Virus record (IMG/VR): IMGVR_UViG_3300045988_067475
Span: 1 to 39,645 of that record
Source of the DNA: a virus
Reading direction: 5' to 3' (one strand)
DNA: 39,645 nucleotides
This document shows positions 15,942 through 22,674 of the stretch, in pieces. The first letter of the stretch is position 1. Each line of letters opens with the position of its first letter. The notes below the pieces were generated by a model, which searched no databases, was not told the DNA's origin, and saw only the letters and a program-made list of their open reading frames with translations. A program made the translations under genes and the position numbers.

Positions 15942-16663
15942 CGTGCTTCCTCCCCCAACATCCGCTGAATCGCTGCTTTCTGGAAATCAGACAGCTCGTC
16001 CCCGTGGTGCTGCACGTTGTAGCCCGGCTTCTTCCCCGGCTGTGACGGCGCGCCCTTCTCATGTTCTTTCGATTCCCACGTCAAAAACTTCTGCTTCCAG
16101 TTCCGTACTGGGTCGCCCTTCCCGTCGACCCAATTTCCGGCAGAATAATAGTCAAAAAATTTCTGTGCCAGATTCGGGACTCCACGCTCCTTCGCGTATG
16201 CGGAAACATCTTCCAACGTAGGTGGTATAAATTTCTTACGTTTCTTCTCAGGAATAGAACTACTCTCTTTTCTATTTCCATTTCCATTTCCATTTCCTAA
16301 AGGTAATACCGTGGTATTACCGCAAGCACTACCATCAGCCATACCAGAGTTATCATTTTCTTTATTCCAACGCTTGCTGATGTTCTCCCTTTGGCGCTGG
16401 CAATGCTTGTCCCGTTTTTCGATTTCAAGCTCCATCCGGCGGTTGAAGTACTTGCCGTCCTCATCCTTCTGAAACTTGCTCATAACCTCGTCTGACGGCT
16501 TTTTGACAGCCCGTATGATTTCCTGCATCGTCATATGCCCGCGCTCTCTTTGGAGGCACAGGAGCGTGATATACTGTCCACGCTCCCGCATATCCATCAA
16601 GGCACAGCCGGATAGGAAATCCGACGTGTAAAACAAGACGGCAGGGTCTTTGTTGTTTGCCAT
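15938..16663 (-). CDS. DUF1376-type replisome organiser / replication initiation protein (241 aa)
   Basis: VLFYTSDFLSGCALMDMRERGQYITLLCLQRERG matches the DUF1376 signature. The C-terminal segment PTLEDVSAYAKERGVPNLAQKFFDYYSAGNWVDGKG is typical of phage replisome organisers. Confidence 0.65.
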   Translation of the reverse strand: MANNKDPAVLFYTSDFLSGCALMDMRERGQYITLLCLQRERGHMTMQEIIRAVKKPSDEVMSKFQKDEDGKYFNRRMELEIEKRDKHCQRQRENISKRWNKENDNSGMADGSACGNTTVLPLGNGNGNGNRKESSSIPEKKRKKFIPPTLEDVSAYAKERGVPNLAQKFFDYYSAGNWVDGKGDPVRNWKQKFLTWESKEHEKGAPSQPGKKPGYNVQHHGDELSDFQKAAIQRMLGEEAR

Positions 16664-16675
16664 CCCGCCACCGCC

Positions 16676-17242
16676 TTAGAACGGCAACGGCTCGCCGTCA
16701 TCTTCGTCCATCATCGTAAACCCGCCAAACCCCTGCGTACCGCTCTCAGGCGCTGCGAATCTCTGCGCCGTCGTAGGAGCCGCAAGCAGCTTCTTTGCAG
16801 GAACCGTAAAGTCTCCGTCCCGAATGGCCTGTACAGATCGCGCGGCGGCCACATAGAGGCGCGTACCGGTAGACCCGTCGTTTTTCTGGTATTCTTCTTC
16901 GCCCAGCACCACGCCAAATCGCTTGCCTCTCAGCCCGTCCAGCATGGCTTCGTCAAACCGGTATCCGGGATTGGATTCTTCAACCGCCGTCTTAAACGCC
17001 TTGAAGAACGGAAGCGCCTTCGGCTTGTACGAACGAATCAGAATAATCGGCCAGAACCCGGCGCGCTTGTATGTATCGCGGTTGTTGCCCATGTACTCGC
17101 CTTCTGCGAAGTCCCACGCAATCTTGATGTACTCTTTTTCCTCTACGTCCTGTACCTGGCAGATTTTCGCGATGTACGCCCCGGGCGTCGGATTGTCAAA
17201 TTCCTGTGCTTCCTGAACTTCGTCCCAATTAACCTTCTGCAT
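16676..17242 (-). CDS. DUF669-like single-strand DNA-binding protein (188 aa)
   Basis: It sits downstream of the AAA_24-type ATPase, the canonical pairing. The C-terminus MMDEDDGEPLPF mimics the SSB acidic tip. Confidence 0.6.
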   Translation of the reverse strand: MQKVNWDEVQEAQEFDNPTPGAYIAKICQVQDVEEKEYIKIAWDFAEGEYMGNNRDTYKRAGFWPIILIRSYKPKALPFFKAFKTAVEESNPGYRFDEAMLDGLRGKRFGVVLGEEEYQKNDGSTGTRLYVAAARSVQAIRDGDFTVPAKKLLAAPTTAQRFAAPESGTQGFGGFTMMDEDDGEPLPF

Positions 17243-17876
17243 TTTCTGTTTCCTCCTTTTTGTTCTTCGGGTTCAAGCCCCAATATGTGCGAATCGTCTC
17301 ATCGACCATTTTCAGATCGTTGTCGATCTGCTCTGGGAACATCTCCATCGGGCTTTTCGCCGTGGAATACCCTTCTGACTGCGTAACAAAATAGTGCTTG
17401 TCCTTCTCCGCCCGGCAGAGCAGCACAATCGAAAACAAACCTTCTACCGTAAGCTTTTCGTCTAGCATCTTGCCAATCGTCTTCGCTTTCAGCGTCCCGT
17501 CCTGCAAGGTCTCCGTATGATGCAGGAAATAAACGATGCAGTCCGGCGGCGTCTGCGTAATGACGAACTGAATCAAATTCCGGAAATTGATCGCAATATC
17601 CGTGAATTTGTTGTAGCCGGTTTCCTTCGCCCGGTCGAAGAACTCAAAAGCAAGCAGATATTGACTGTCGTCAATTGCGTAAGACTTGAACTGTCCGGCC
17701 TTGAGCGTGTTCAGGATCTCACCGTAGCTCGAACCATTGATAACCGGAAGCTTCTTCCGGAACGGCAGAGGCTTCGACGCTACATTAAATACGCCGATCT
17801 CTTTTGCCGTAAAGTTGCGTAGCGAAGTCGACTTCCCGCTCCCGCTCTCACCTAAAATCAAAACTGGAATTCCCAT
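17229..17876 (-). CDS. AAA (AAA_24 / Sak4-like) ATPase (215 aa)
   Basis: An N-terminal Walker A motif (LILGESGSGKST) sits right at the start. The size and neighbours are typical of Sak4-type recombination ATPases. Confidence 0.7.
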   Translation of the reverse strand: MGIPVLILGESGSGKSTSLRNFTAKEIGVFNVASKPLPFRKKLPVINGSSYGEILNTLKAGQFKSYAIDDSQYLLAFEFFDRAKETGYNKFTDIAINFRNLIQFVITQTPPDCIVYFLHHTETLQDGTLKAKTIGKMLDEKLTVEGLFSIVLLCRAEKDKHYFVTQSEGYSTAKSPMEMFPEQIDNDLKMVDETIRTYWGLNPKNKKEETENAEG

Positions 17877-18106
17877 TATGTATCCTCCATTTCATTTGCT
17901 GGTTTCAGCGGGCAATCTCCGCCGACATAGCGCCCCGACCAGAGCATTGGCTCATTCGTCAGCCCGCACCGGCTGCTGCTCTTTCGGTAAAACTGGCAAG
18001 CATCACAGCAGATGTATACATTCCCTTTCAGATCGACCGGGAAATATACCTCCACGGTCGCCGTAGCCTTAATGTACCGGCTCACACCGGTTTCAAAGTT
18101 CGCCAT
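17876..18106 (-). CDS. Hypothetical Cys-rich protein (76 aa)
   Basis: Track ORF with a GGAGGT RBS. Confidence 0.55.
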   Translation of the reverse strand: MANFETGVSRYIKATATVEVYFPVDLKGNVYICCDACQFYRKSSSRCGLTNEPMLWSGRYVGGDCPLKPANEMEDT

Positions 18107-18117
18107 GCCATTACCTC

Positions 18118-18285
18118 CTATTTGCCTTCTACATTTACATTGAAGAGGACCTTCATGAACTCGTCGAACCGATACGATTCCATCCCCTTGTATGCCTTTT
18201 CGATAATTTCCAGCTGCGTGCTTCTCGAAATCAGCTCTTCATACTGGTCTTTTTCCAGAGGAACAAACACTTTACATTCGCTCAT
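18118..18285 (-). CDS. Hypothetical small protein (55 aa), below the track cutoff
   Basis: My translation is MSECKVFVPLEKDQYEELISRSTQLEIIEKAYKGMESYRFDEFMKVLFNVNVEGK, with an AAAGGAG RBS. Confidence 0.5.
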   Translation of the reverse strand: MSECKVFVPLEKDQYEELISRSTQLEIIEKAYKGMESYRFDEFMKVLFNVNVEGK

Positions 18286-18302
18286 ATTTTAAACTCCTTT
18301 TC

Positions 18303-18479
18303 TTAATTACTTTCGCTCCACACCGTGAATCCCTGCTCGGTCCAGTCTGCGTATTCTTCGAGCATATCCATAACCGTATCGTCTCCGCCGACAATGCCAT
18401 CGGTCAGATACTCAAAAAACTGACTCTGGAACGCCTTGCAGTATTCAACAATTTCGTAGAGTTTCTTGTAGTCTCGCAT
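18303..18479 (-). CDS. Hypothetical small acidic protein (58 aa)
   Basis: Internal ATG 18479 follows GGAGGTAGGA. Sequence starts MRDYKKLYEIVEYCKAFQSQFFEYL... Confidence 0.5.
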   Translation of the reverse strand: MRDYKKLYEIVEYCKAFQSQFFEYLTDGIVGGDDTVMDMLEEYADWTEQGFTVWSESN

Positions 18480-18481
18480 TC

Positions 18482-18655
18482 CTACCTCCACGCTTCTGTA
18501 AACACCGTCCAAAACACGATATCGCGATACGTGACCTTCTGTTCCTGCGGCGCTTCTTGCGGATTTGCGCATGTGTAGCGGAACCACTCCCGCCATCTGT
18601 TGCACATGCAATTCTCCCCGCGCCCTTTCGTGCAGCTCTCACAAGGATGCTCCAT
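18482..18655 (-). CDS. Hypothetical small Cys-rich protein (57 aa), below the track cutoff
   Basis: My translation is MEHPCESCTKGRGENCMCNRWREWFRYTCANPQEAPQEQKVTYRDIVFWTVFTEAWR. The ATG lies 1 nt after the upstream stop, with a GGGGG RBS. Confidence 0.45.
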   Translation of the reverse strand: MEHPCESCTKGRGENCMCNRWREWFRYTCANPQEAPQEQKVTYRDIVFWTVFTEAWR

Positions 18656-18656
18656 A

Positions 18657-18920
18657 TCATGCCCCCGTCAGTATCGCGCCGACGAAGAAGCACGCCGCCG
18701 CGCCGCCAAGCGTGACCGCCGCCCGGAACAGGCCGAAGCCCAGCATAACCGCCGTACCGCCCAGCAGCATACACGCCACAGAGAAGCAGGCCGTTTCCGC
18801 GATCTTCATCAGGCTCTTTTGCCTCTTGCGAAGCCGTACGATCTCGTCCCACCTTTCGCCAAGCTCGCGCTCCCGCGCCGCCCGGTGGTTTAACTCCGTG
18901 ATAATCTCAACGTCACTCAT
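18657..18920 (-). CDS. Small two-TM membrane protein (87 aa)
   Basis: Internal ATG 18920 follows TAAGGAGGA. It has a charged N-terminus, then the hydrophobic stretches CFSVACMLLGGTAVMLGFGLF and LGGAAACFFVGAILTGA. Confidence 0.6.
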   Translation of the reverse strand: MSDVEIITELNHRAARERELGERWDEIVRLRKRQKSLMKIAETACFSVACMLLGGTAVMLGFGLFRAAVTLGGAAACFFVGAILTGA

Positions 18921-19652
18921 TTTCTCATCCTCCTTAAATAATCTTCCTTGCCGAGTGGGGCTTTCCTGTTTGCTGCATAGCCATTGCGTCTCTGAGCCCT
19001 TCGCAGCCCTGCCGCCGCTACGCATGGCTGAGCTTTACATTGCCCTTGCCGTGCCGATCAGTGCCCATCTCTGCCCTTGCCTGTCGAAGCAAAGCGTGCG
19101 TTACTACGCCGTTGCCAATCCTTGCTTTACTTCGCCTTTGCCGCGCCAGTCCAAGCCGCGCCGTTCGTAGCCCTCGCGTCGCTTATCCTTGCCTTTCCGT
19201 CGCAAACATAGCATCCCATGCCGCCGCGAAGCCATCCTATTCTTTGCCTTTGCGAGGCACATCAAATCTCTACAGTGCCGTTGCCACGAATTGCATACCA
19301 AAGCCTTTGCTTACCCAGCATTGCACTACCAAGCCTTTGCTATGCGGAGCAGTCAATGCCACGCCATCGCTACGCTTTGCCGCACATTGCCGTTGCCGTT
19401 CAATGCCTGTCTTCGCCGATCGCTGCCATGCTTCTCCCTCGCGACACTCTGCGTTTCATCGCTTATCCGTTGCTCCTCTGCGCCTTTCGCGGCTTCTCCT
19501 CTGCGCTCGTAGCTTATCGATGCCTTCGCTGTGAATCGTGTTGCCCCGTTGCGGCTCATTGCACTGCTTTGCTTTTCCGTTGCTGTGCCGCTCAGAGCCC
19601 CGCGCGGCTACGCCTTTGCTTGTCGTTGCCAAACCCAGCCGTGCCCTTGCAC
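18921..19652 (-). repeat. 732-bp non-coding tract with strong strand asymmetry and a dispersed one-orientation TTGC (sense GCAA) motif
   Basis: By my scan there are stops in all three sense frames (24 in total, mixed types). My hand count of 18961-19650 on the plus strand is A 94, G 151, T 196, C 249. TTGC occurs 28 times and GCAA 2 times on the plus strand. A local 30-nt duplication lies at 19289-19348. Confidence 0.6.
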
Positions 19653-20237
19653 TTACTCGAGCACTTCGTAGGTGAACCGTCCCTTTCCGGAGTTCCGCCA
19701 CTGGCCAATGCCTCTGAGCCGTCCGTAATCCAGCCATTCCAAGACGATATCCTTGTGCGCCTTTTCGTCCAGCATCGTAATTTCAAACTCGATCGTGCTG
19801 CCCGCCGGAATCTCCTCCGAGTTCGCAAGCGCCACACGCTCGCCCTGCGGGGTCGGTGCTCTCAAAGGCCGCTGGCATTCGCTGATCTCGCCGCTGACCT
19901 GAATTGGGATGTGCCGCGGCTCGACGAAAATCAAACCGTCGATGATCTTCTTGTAAGCTTTCAAGCTCGAGCTTTTCGTGCTCTTGACTCTTGTCAGCAT
20001 ACCGCAAGCGTCCTTGAAGAACCCCTTGATCTGGTAGTCATACAGAACCGGGCACCCGTTCGCGCGGGGGAAAACCGTCATGCCCTTGTCTGCCACAACG
20101 TCCGCACCCAAAGCCGCGATCTCGTCTTCGATGGTGGAAGCGTCCGGCGCTTTCGACGCGATGAAATCCCGCGCCACATTCTCGTTGCTCGGCCACGTGC
20201 CAAGCACAGGCTCCAAAAAGGTTAATCTGACTTTCAT
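19653..20237 (-). CDS. Hypothetical protein (194 aa) carrying RAMP-like (Cas7/Csm3-type) motifs
   Basis: ATG 20237 lies 9 nt after AGGAAGA. GCPVLYDYQIKGFFKDACGML resembles the RAMP P.IPGSSIKGALR motif. The C-terminal GIGQWRNSGKGRFTY fits the glycine-rich loop GhGxxxxxGxGR. The family assignment was not verified. Confidence 0.3.
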   Translation of the reverse strand: MKVRLTFLEPVLGTWPSNENVARDFIASKAPDASTIEDEIAALGADVVADKGMTVFPRANGCPVLYDYQIKGFFKDACGMLTRVKSTKSSSLKAYKKIIDGLIFVEPRHIPIQVSGEISECQRPLRAPTPQGERVALANSEEIPAGSTIEFEITMLDEKAHKDIVLEWLDYGRLRGIGQWRNSGKGRFTYEVLE

Positions 20238-20258
20238 TCGTTTCAATCTTCCTAATAT

Positions 20259-20477
20259 TTACGGCTGGTGCCGTCTCCTTCGTTCCTTCCTCTGCGCTTC
20301 CCACTGATCAAGCACAGAGATGATGACCGGTCTGAGCTTCCGGGCGCTCGCCCGTCCGTTTAGTACATTGCTGATGTGGCTCTGCGTCACGTTGCAGCAG
20401 TCTGCAAGATCGGCCTGCGTCATGCCCAGATCATGCAGCCTTGCCTTCACATAAGCGCCAAAGCTTCTTTTGCTCAA
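20259..20477 (-). CDS. XRE-family HTH protein (72 aa, TTG start)
   Basis: LGMTQADLADCCNVTQSHISNVLNG is a classic HTH. AAGGGAGG RBS. Confidence 0.7.
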   Translation of the reverse strand: MSKRSFGAYVKARLHDLGMTQADLADCCNVTQSHISNVLNGRASARKLRPVIISVLDQWEAQRKERRRRHQP

Positions 20478-20490
20478 TCTCTCGCCTCCC

Positions 20491-20730
20491 TTACCACGGG
20501 TAACAGATCATTTCCCGCACGTCTGCGATCGGGACCGACAAACACCGCATCAGCTTGAGTGTTTGCGGGAAGTACGCCGTTGGGCTTTTATAGAGCTTCA
20601 GTAGTGTCGGCTTGCTCATACCCGCATACTCACACGCCTTTTGGGTGCTTACCCCCTGCGCCTTGATTTCGCCCTGAATTCTTGCGGACAGGTTGTAATC
20701 AAGCGTCCGCTTTACCGCCGCCTTCGGCAT
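20491..20730 (-). CDS. HTH protein (79 aa)
   Basis: Internal ATG 20730 follows GGAGGTGAAG. The HTH-like segment is GVSTQKACEYAGMSKPTLLKLYK. Confidence 0.6.
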   Translation of the reverse strand: MPKAAVKRTLDYNLSARIQGEIKAQGVSTQKACEYAGMSKPTLLKLYKSPTAYFPQTLKLMRCLSVPIADVREMICYPW

Positions 20731-20923
20731 GTTCTTCACCTCCCGCAAATAGTTCGTCGATCGTGCATTTGTAGAGCCTTGCGAGCCCTTTGTGATGTTT
20801 TCGTGCGATTCTGGTATCTCCAGTTTCCCATCTGTGAACCGCCGCTTGGCTGACGTGCATCTTTTTCGCAACTTCCGCCTGCGTAAGACCTGCATTCAGC
20901 CGGAGTTCTTTCAAATTCAACAA
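20699..20923 (-). CDS. Cro-like XRE-family HTH regulator (74 aa from TTG 20923; the track ORF starts at ATG 20944)
   Basis: LKELRLNAGLTQAEVAKKMHVSQAAVHRWETG is the HTH. An AGGGGG RBS lies 6 nt before TTG 20923. It is the first gene of the early operon, divergent from the cI-like gene. Confidence 0.75.
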   Translation of the reverse strand: MLNLKELRLNAGLTQAEVAKKMHVSQAAVHRWETGDTRIARKHHKGLARLYKCTIDELFAGGEEHAEGGGKADA

Positions 20924-20962
20924 TTCTCGCCCCCTGTTCCTCATAAATATGAGTAGTTTTCA

Positions 20963-20992
20963 TTGACAACCCAAAGGAAAAGGTGCTAAGAT
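20963..20992 (+). promoter_or_regulatory. Near-consensus plus-strand promoter inside the switch region
   Basis: TTGACA (20963-20968), an 18-nt spacer, then TAAGAT (20987-20992). It points into the gene-free 21000-21370 tract. Confidence 0.5.
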
Positions 20993-21039
20993 AAGAATGC
21001 CAATCAATCTTAGCCCCGTTCCTAAGGGTTCTTACCATC

Positions 21040-21371
21040 GATAACGCCGGTCACAAGTATCCAGCTGGATAGTGGCAATACCAGGTGAAAGGGGTGATTG
21101 CCTCTTGAAGAAATTCTTTAAGGCTATCATGCTATTTCACCGCGTCTCCGGGTAACGCTCGCCCGTAACCAAACGGAGCGTTTTCCCGATTTGATGCAGC
21201 GGTGGTGCAGGATACCGAAGTGCATCAGCCAAACGGTAAAAACAGAGGTTGGTTTCTGTTCGGCTCCGGTCAACCAGAACCGGGATACAGCCGAACCGTA
21301 TGGTAGAGACTGAAACCTGCGGGAGCCGTCCGTGTCCCAACCACACGGGCGTGCTTTCCTATCGCGTTATC
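21040..21371 (+). ncRNA. Candidate structured RNA / complex operator region (about 330 nt) between the cro-like and cI-like genes
   Basis: Closing helix GATAACGC (21040-21047) / GCGTTATC (21364-21371). Internal hairpins at 21154-21182, 21192-21227, 21241-21260, 21261-21293 and 21330-21348. No ORF here has an RBS. Confidence 0.3.
21058..21071. promoter_or_regulatory. Perfect 14-bp palindrome, candidate protein-binding site
   Basis: TATCCAGCTGGATA, read directly. Confidence 0.4.
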
Positions 21372-21401
21372 TTTGGTACGCTCATATAATAACTCATAAA
21401 C

Positions 21402-21440
21402 TTCGGTTTGTAAATATGCAAAACCGAATAAATTCGGTTT
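21402..21440. promoter_or_regulatory. Operator candidates upstream of the cI-like gene
   Basis: Half-site TTCGGTTT lies at 21402-21409. The 20-bp palindrome AAACCGAAT-AA-ATTCGGTTT lies at 21421-21440. Both overlap -10/-35-like boxes (TTTGTA...TAAATT, TATAAA). Confidence 0.6.
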
Positions 21441-21471
21441 CTATAAAACACACAATTTCGGAGGTTCTATT

Positions 21472-21825
21472 TTGGATATTGTGCTGAGTCGCATTCTCTC
21501 CCTCATTCCGAAAAACGAAAGCGGGAAATACAAGCACGGCTCAAAAGCCGACTTTGCCCGCAGTATTGGGTACGACAGCGGCGACATCGTTTCCATGTGG
21601 GAAAATGGCTCAAGCGTTTCTTATAAAAAGAAGCTTCACGAGATCGCCGCAAAATATGGCGTCTCTGTCGCCTGGCTCAAGGGCGAGACAGACGAAAAAA
21701 ATGCCCCCGTCCCGGAGGACGAGAGGAAGTTAAACGAGGATCTTATTTCACGTCTGGTTTCTTTGACACCCGAAGAGATGCAGAAGGTTGACGCTTTTGT
21801 GCAAGGGCTCTTAGCAAATCGTTGA
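21472..21825 (+). CDS. cI-like XRE-family repressor (117 aa, TTG start)
   Basis: A GGAGG RBS lies 7 nt upstream. KADFARSIGYDSGDIVSMWENG is the HTH. It is divergent from the cro-like gene and heads the integrase-side unit. Confidence 0.75.
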   Translation: MDIVLSRILSLIPKNESGKYKHGSKADFARSIGYDSGDIVSMWENGSSVSYKKKLHEIAAKYGVSVAWLKGETDEKNAPVPEDERKLNEDLISRLVSLTPEEMQKVDAFVQGLLANR

Positions 21826-21886
21826 GTTGTCGCTTTTCATCGTAAGATAGACGCTCTATGTATTTGGCTGCTTCTTCGCGTGTCAT
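21743..21886 (-). CDS. Possible small protein (47 aa), convergent with and overlapping the 3' end of the repressor gene
   Basis: ATG 21886 lies 7 nt after AAGGAG. Sequence starts MTREEAAKYIERLSYDEKRQLNDLLRALAQK... The last 83 nt are antisense to 21472..21825. Confidence 0.3.
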   Translation of the reverse strand: MTREEAAKYIERLSYDEKRQLNDLLRALAQKRQPSASLRVSKKPDVK

Positions 21887-22031
21887 TGACGTTCTCCTTC
21901 CTTCGCGGCGTATTGATATTTTAGAACAAGCGTTCGTAAAATACAATATGCAAGATTCCACAAATTTCATATTCAATTTTCTACACGGAAATTTTGAATA
22001 AGTACAAAATATTGGACAGGGAGTGTGCTAT

Positions 22032-22514
22032 ATGGAGAAAAAGCGAAGTGTCCTGCTTCGCCCGGTCGCATGGATAGCAACCGTCGCACTAATTTATTGC
22101 ATGGGAATGATTTCGAAACTGGTCTGTAATCTCGGGGTATGGGCAGTCAACGAATTTAGCCATCTCTCAATTGGCATGGTAATTTTGCTGGTCATTCTTT
22201 TCGGAAGTATCTACATCAGTATTTATTTCTACTCTGCCGTCTTACTTCCGCAGTTGCTTGTCTTTGTGTCAGATTTTATTTATCCATCAAATCACGCTTT
22301 TCGATATTACTTTGTCGGTGTTCTTGAAATAATCATCTGCGCAATTGCTGTGTTTGGCGGGATTCTTGGTTTGGTTGTTCAAACCGGCAGTACAAGTATG
22401 TTCTGGTTTTACGCTGCTCACGTTCATTTTATTTTAGCGATGATAGTAATGATGCTGCATGGACGTTCAGCATCAGAAGGACGCCACGAGGCAGCAGCCG
22501 GCGGTTCTCAGTAA
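22032..22514 (+). CDS. Polytopic membrane protein (160 aa), moron / superinfection-exclusion candidate
   Basis: ATG 22032 lies 8 nt after GGGAG. It has at least 4 hydrophobic helices. The sequence is visibly AT-richer than its flanks. It has its own terminator. Confidence 0.65.
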   Translation: MEKKRSVLLRPVAWIATVALIYCMGMISKLVCNLGVWAVNEFSHLSIGMVILLVILFGSIYISIYFYSAVLLPQLLVFVSDFIYPSNHAFRYYFVGVLEIIICAIAVFGGILGLVVQTGSTSMFWFYAAHVHFILAMIVMMLHGRSASEGRHEAAAGGSQ

Positions 22515-22519
22515 TGTTG

Positions 22520-22557
22520 CCCCGCCGCCGAGCCACCGAGCGGCGGGGACTTTGTTT
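22520..22557 (+). terminator. Intrinsic terminator after the membrane-protein gene
   Basis: CCCCGCCGC (22520-22528) pairs with GCGGCGGGG (22540-22548), followed by a TTTGTTT tract. Confidence 0.7.
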
Positions 22558-22674
22558 GCCAAGCAGTAGTGGGAGCTGCCTGTAGTTCCAGCATATACCG
22601 TTCCATATGGGCATGTCGAGGCACAATGTCCGCTTCTCGCGCACATCAGCATAGGTTTTGTCCAATAAAAACAT

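Noticed and set aside
15493-16062. 189-aa minus-strand track ORF
   Set aside because: Its upstream 119 codons overlap the DUF1376 gene and the 79-aa gene in another frame and are Arg/Gly-rich. Only the last 70 codons, from the RBS-preceded ATG 15705, were kept.
19104-19559. Minus-strand ORFs of 65 and 68 aa (19104..19301, 19353..19559) that share one frame with the downstream membrane-protein gene, suggesting a split or pseudogenised gene
   Set aside because: That frame still has 7 stops across the tract, and neither ORF has a credible RBS. The peptides are low-complexity and charged. A pseudogene origin cannot be excluded without relatives, so it is listed as a refutation test for the main finding.
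18921-19652. CRISPR array or type III toxin-antitoxin-style RNA repeat array
   Set aside because: There is no unit of constant length and no conserved repeat alternating with unique spacers. Only a short degenerate motif recurs, at irregular spacing. In ToxIN-like loci the repeats precede the toxin gene, which is not the case here.
19040-20225. Plus-strand ORFs of 164, 107 and 335 aa crossing the 18921-19652 tract (all three plus frames are open over 19218-19512)
   Set aside because: Stop codons are scarce because the plus strand is only about 14% A. The 335-aa ORF also runs antisense through the 19653..20237 gene. The ORFs have no RBS and give low-complexity Leu/Pro/Cys/Arg translations.
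21283-21330. Group II intron domain-5-like string (GAACCGUAUGG...GAGCCGU), and a loose resemblance of 21261-21310 to c-di-GMP-I riboswitch sequence
   Set aside because: There is no complementary arm to form the D5 hairpin on either strand, and no reverse transcriptase or maturase gene. The conserved GEMM elements (ACGCAAAGCC, GGGUUACC) are absent.
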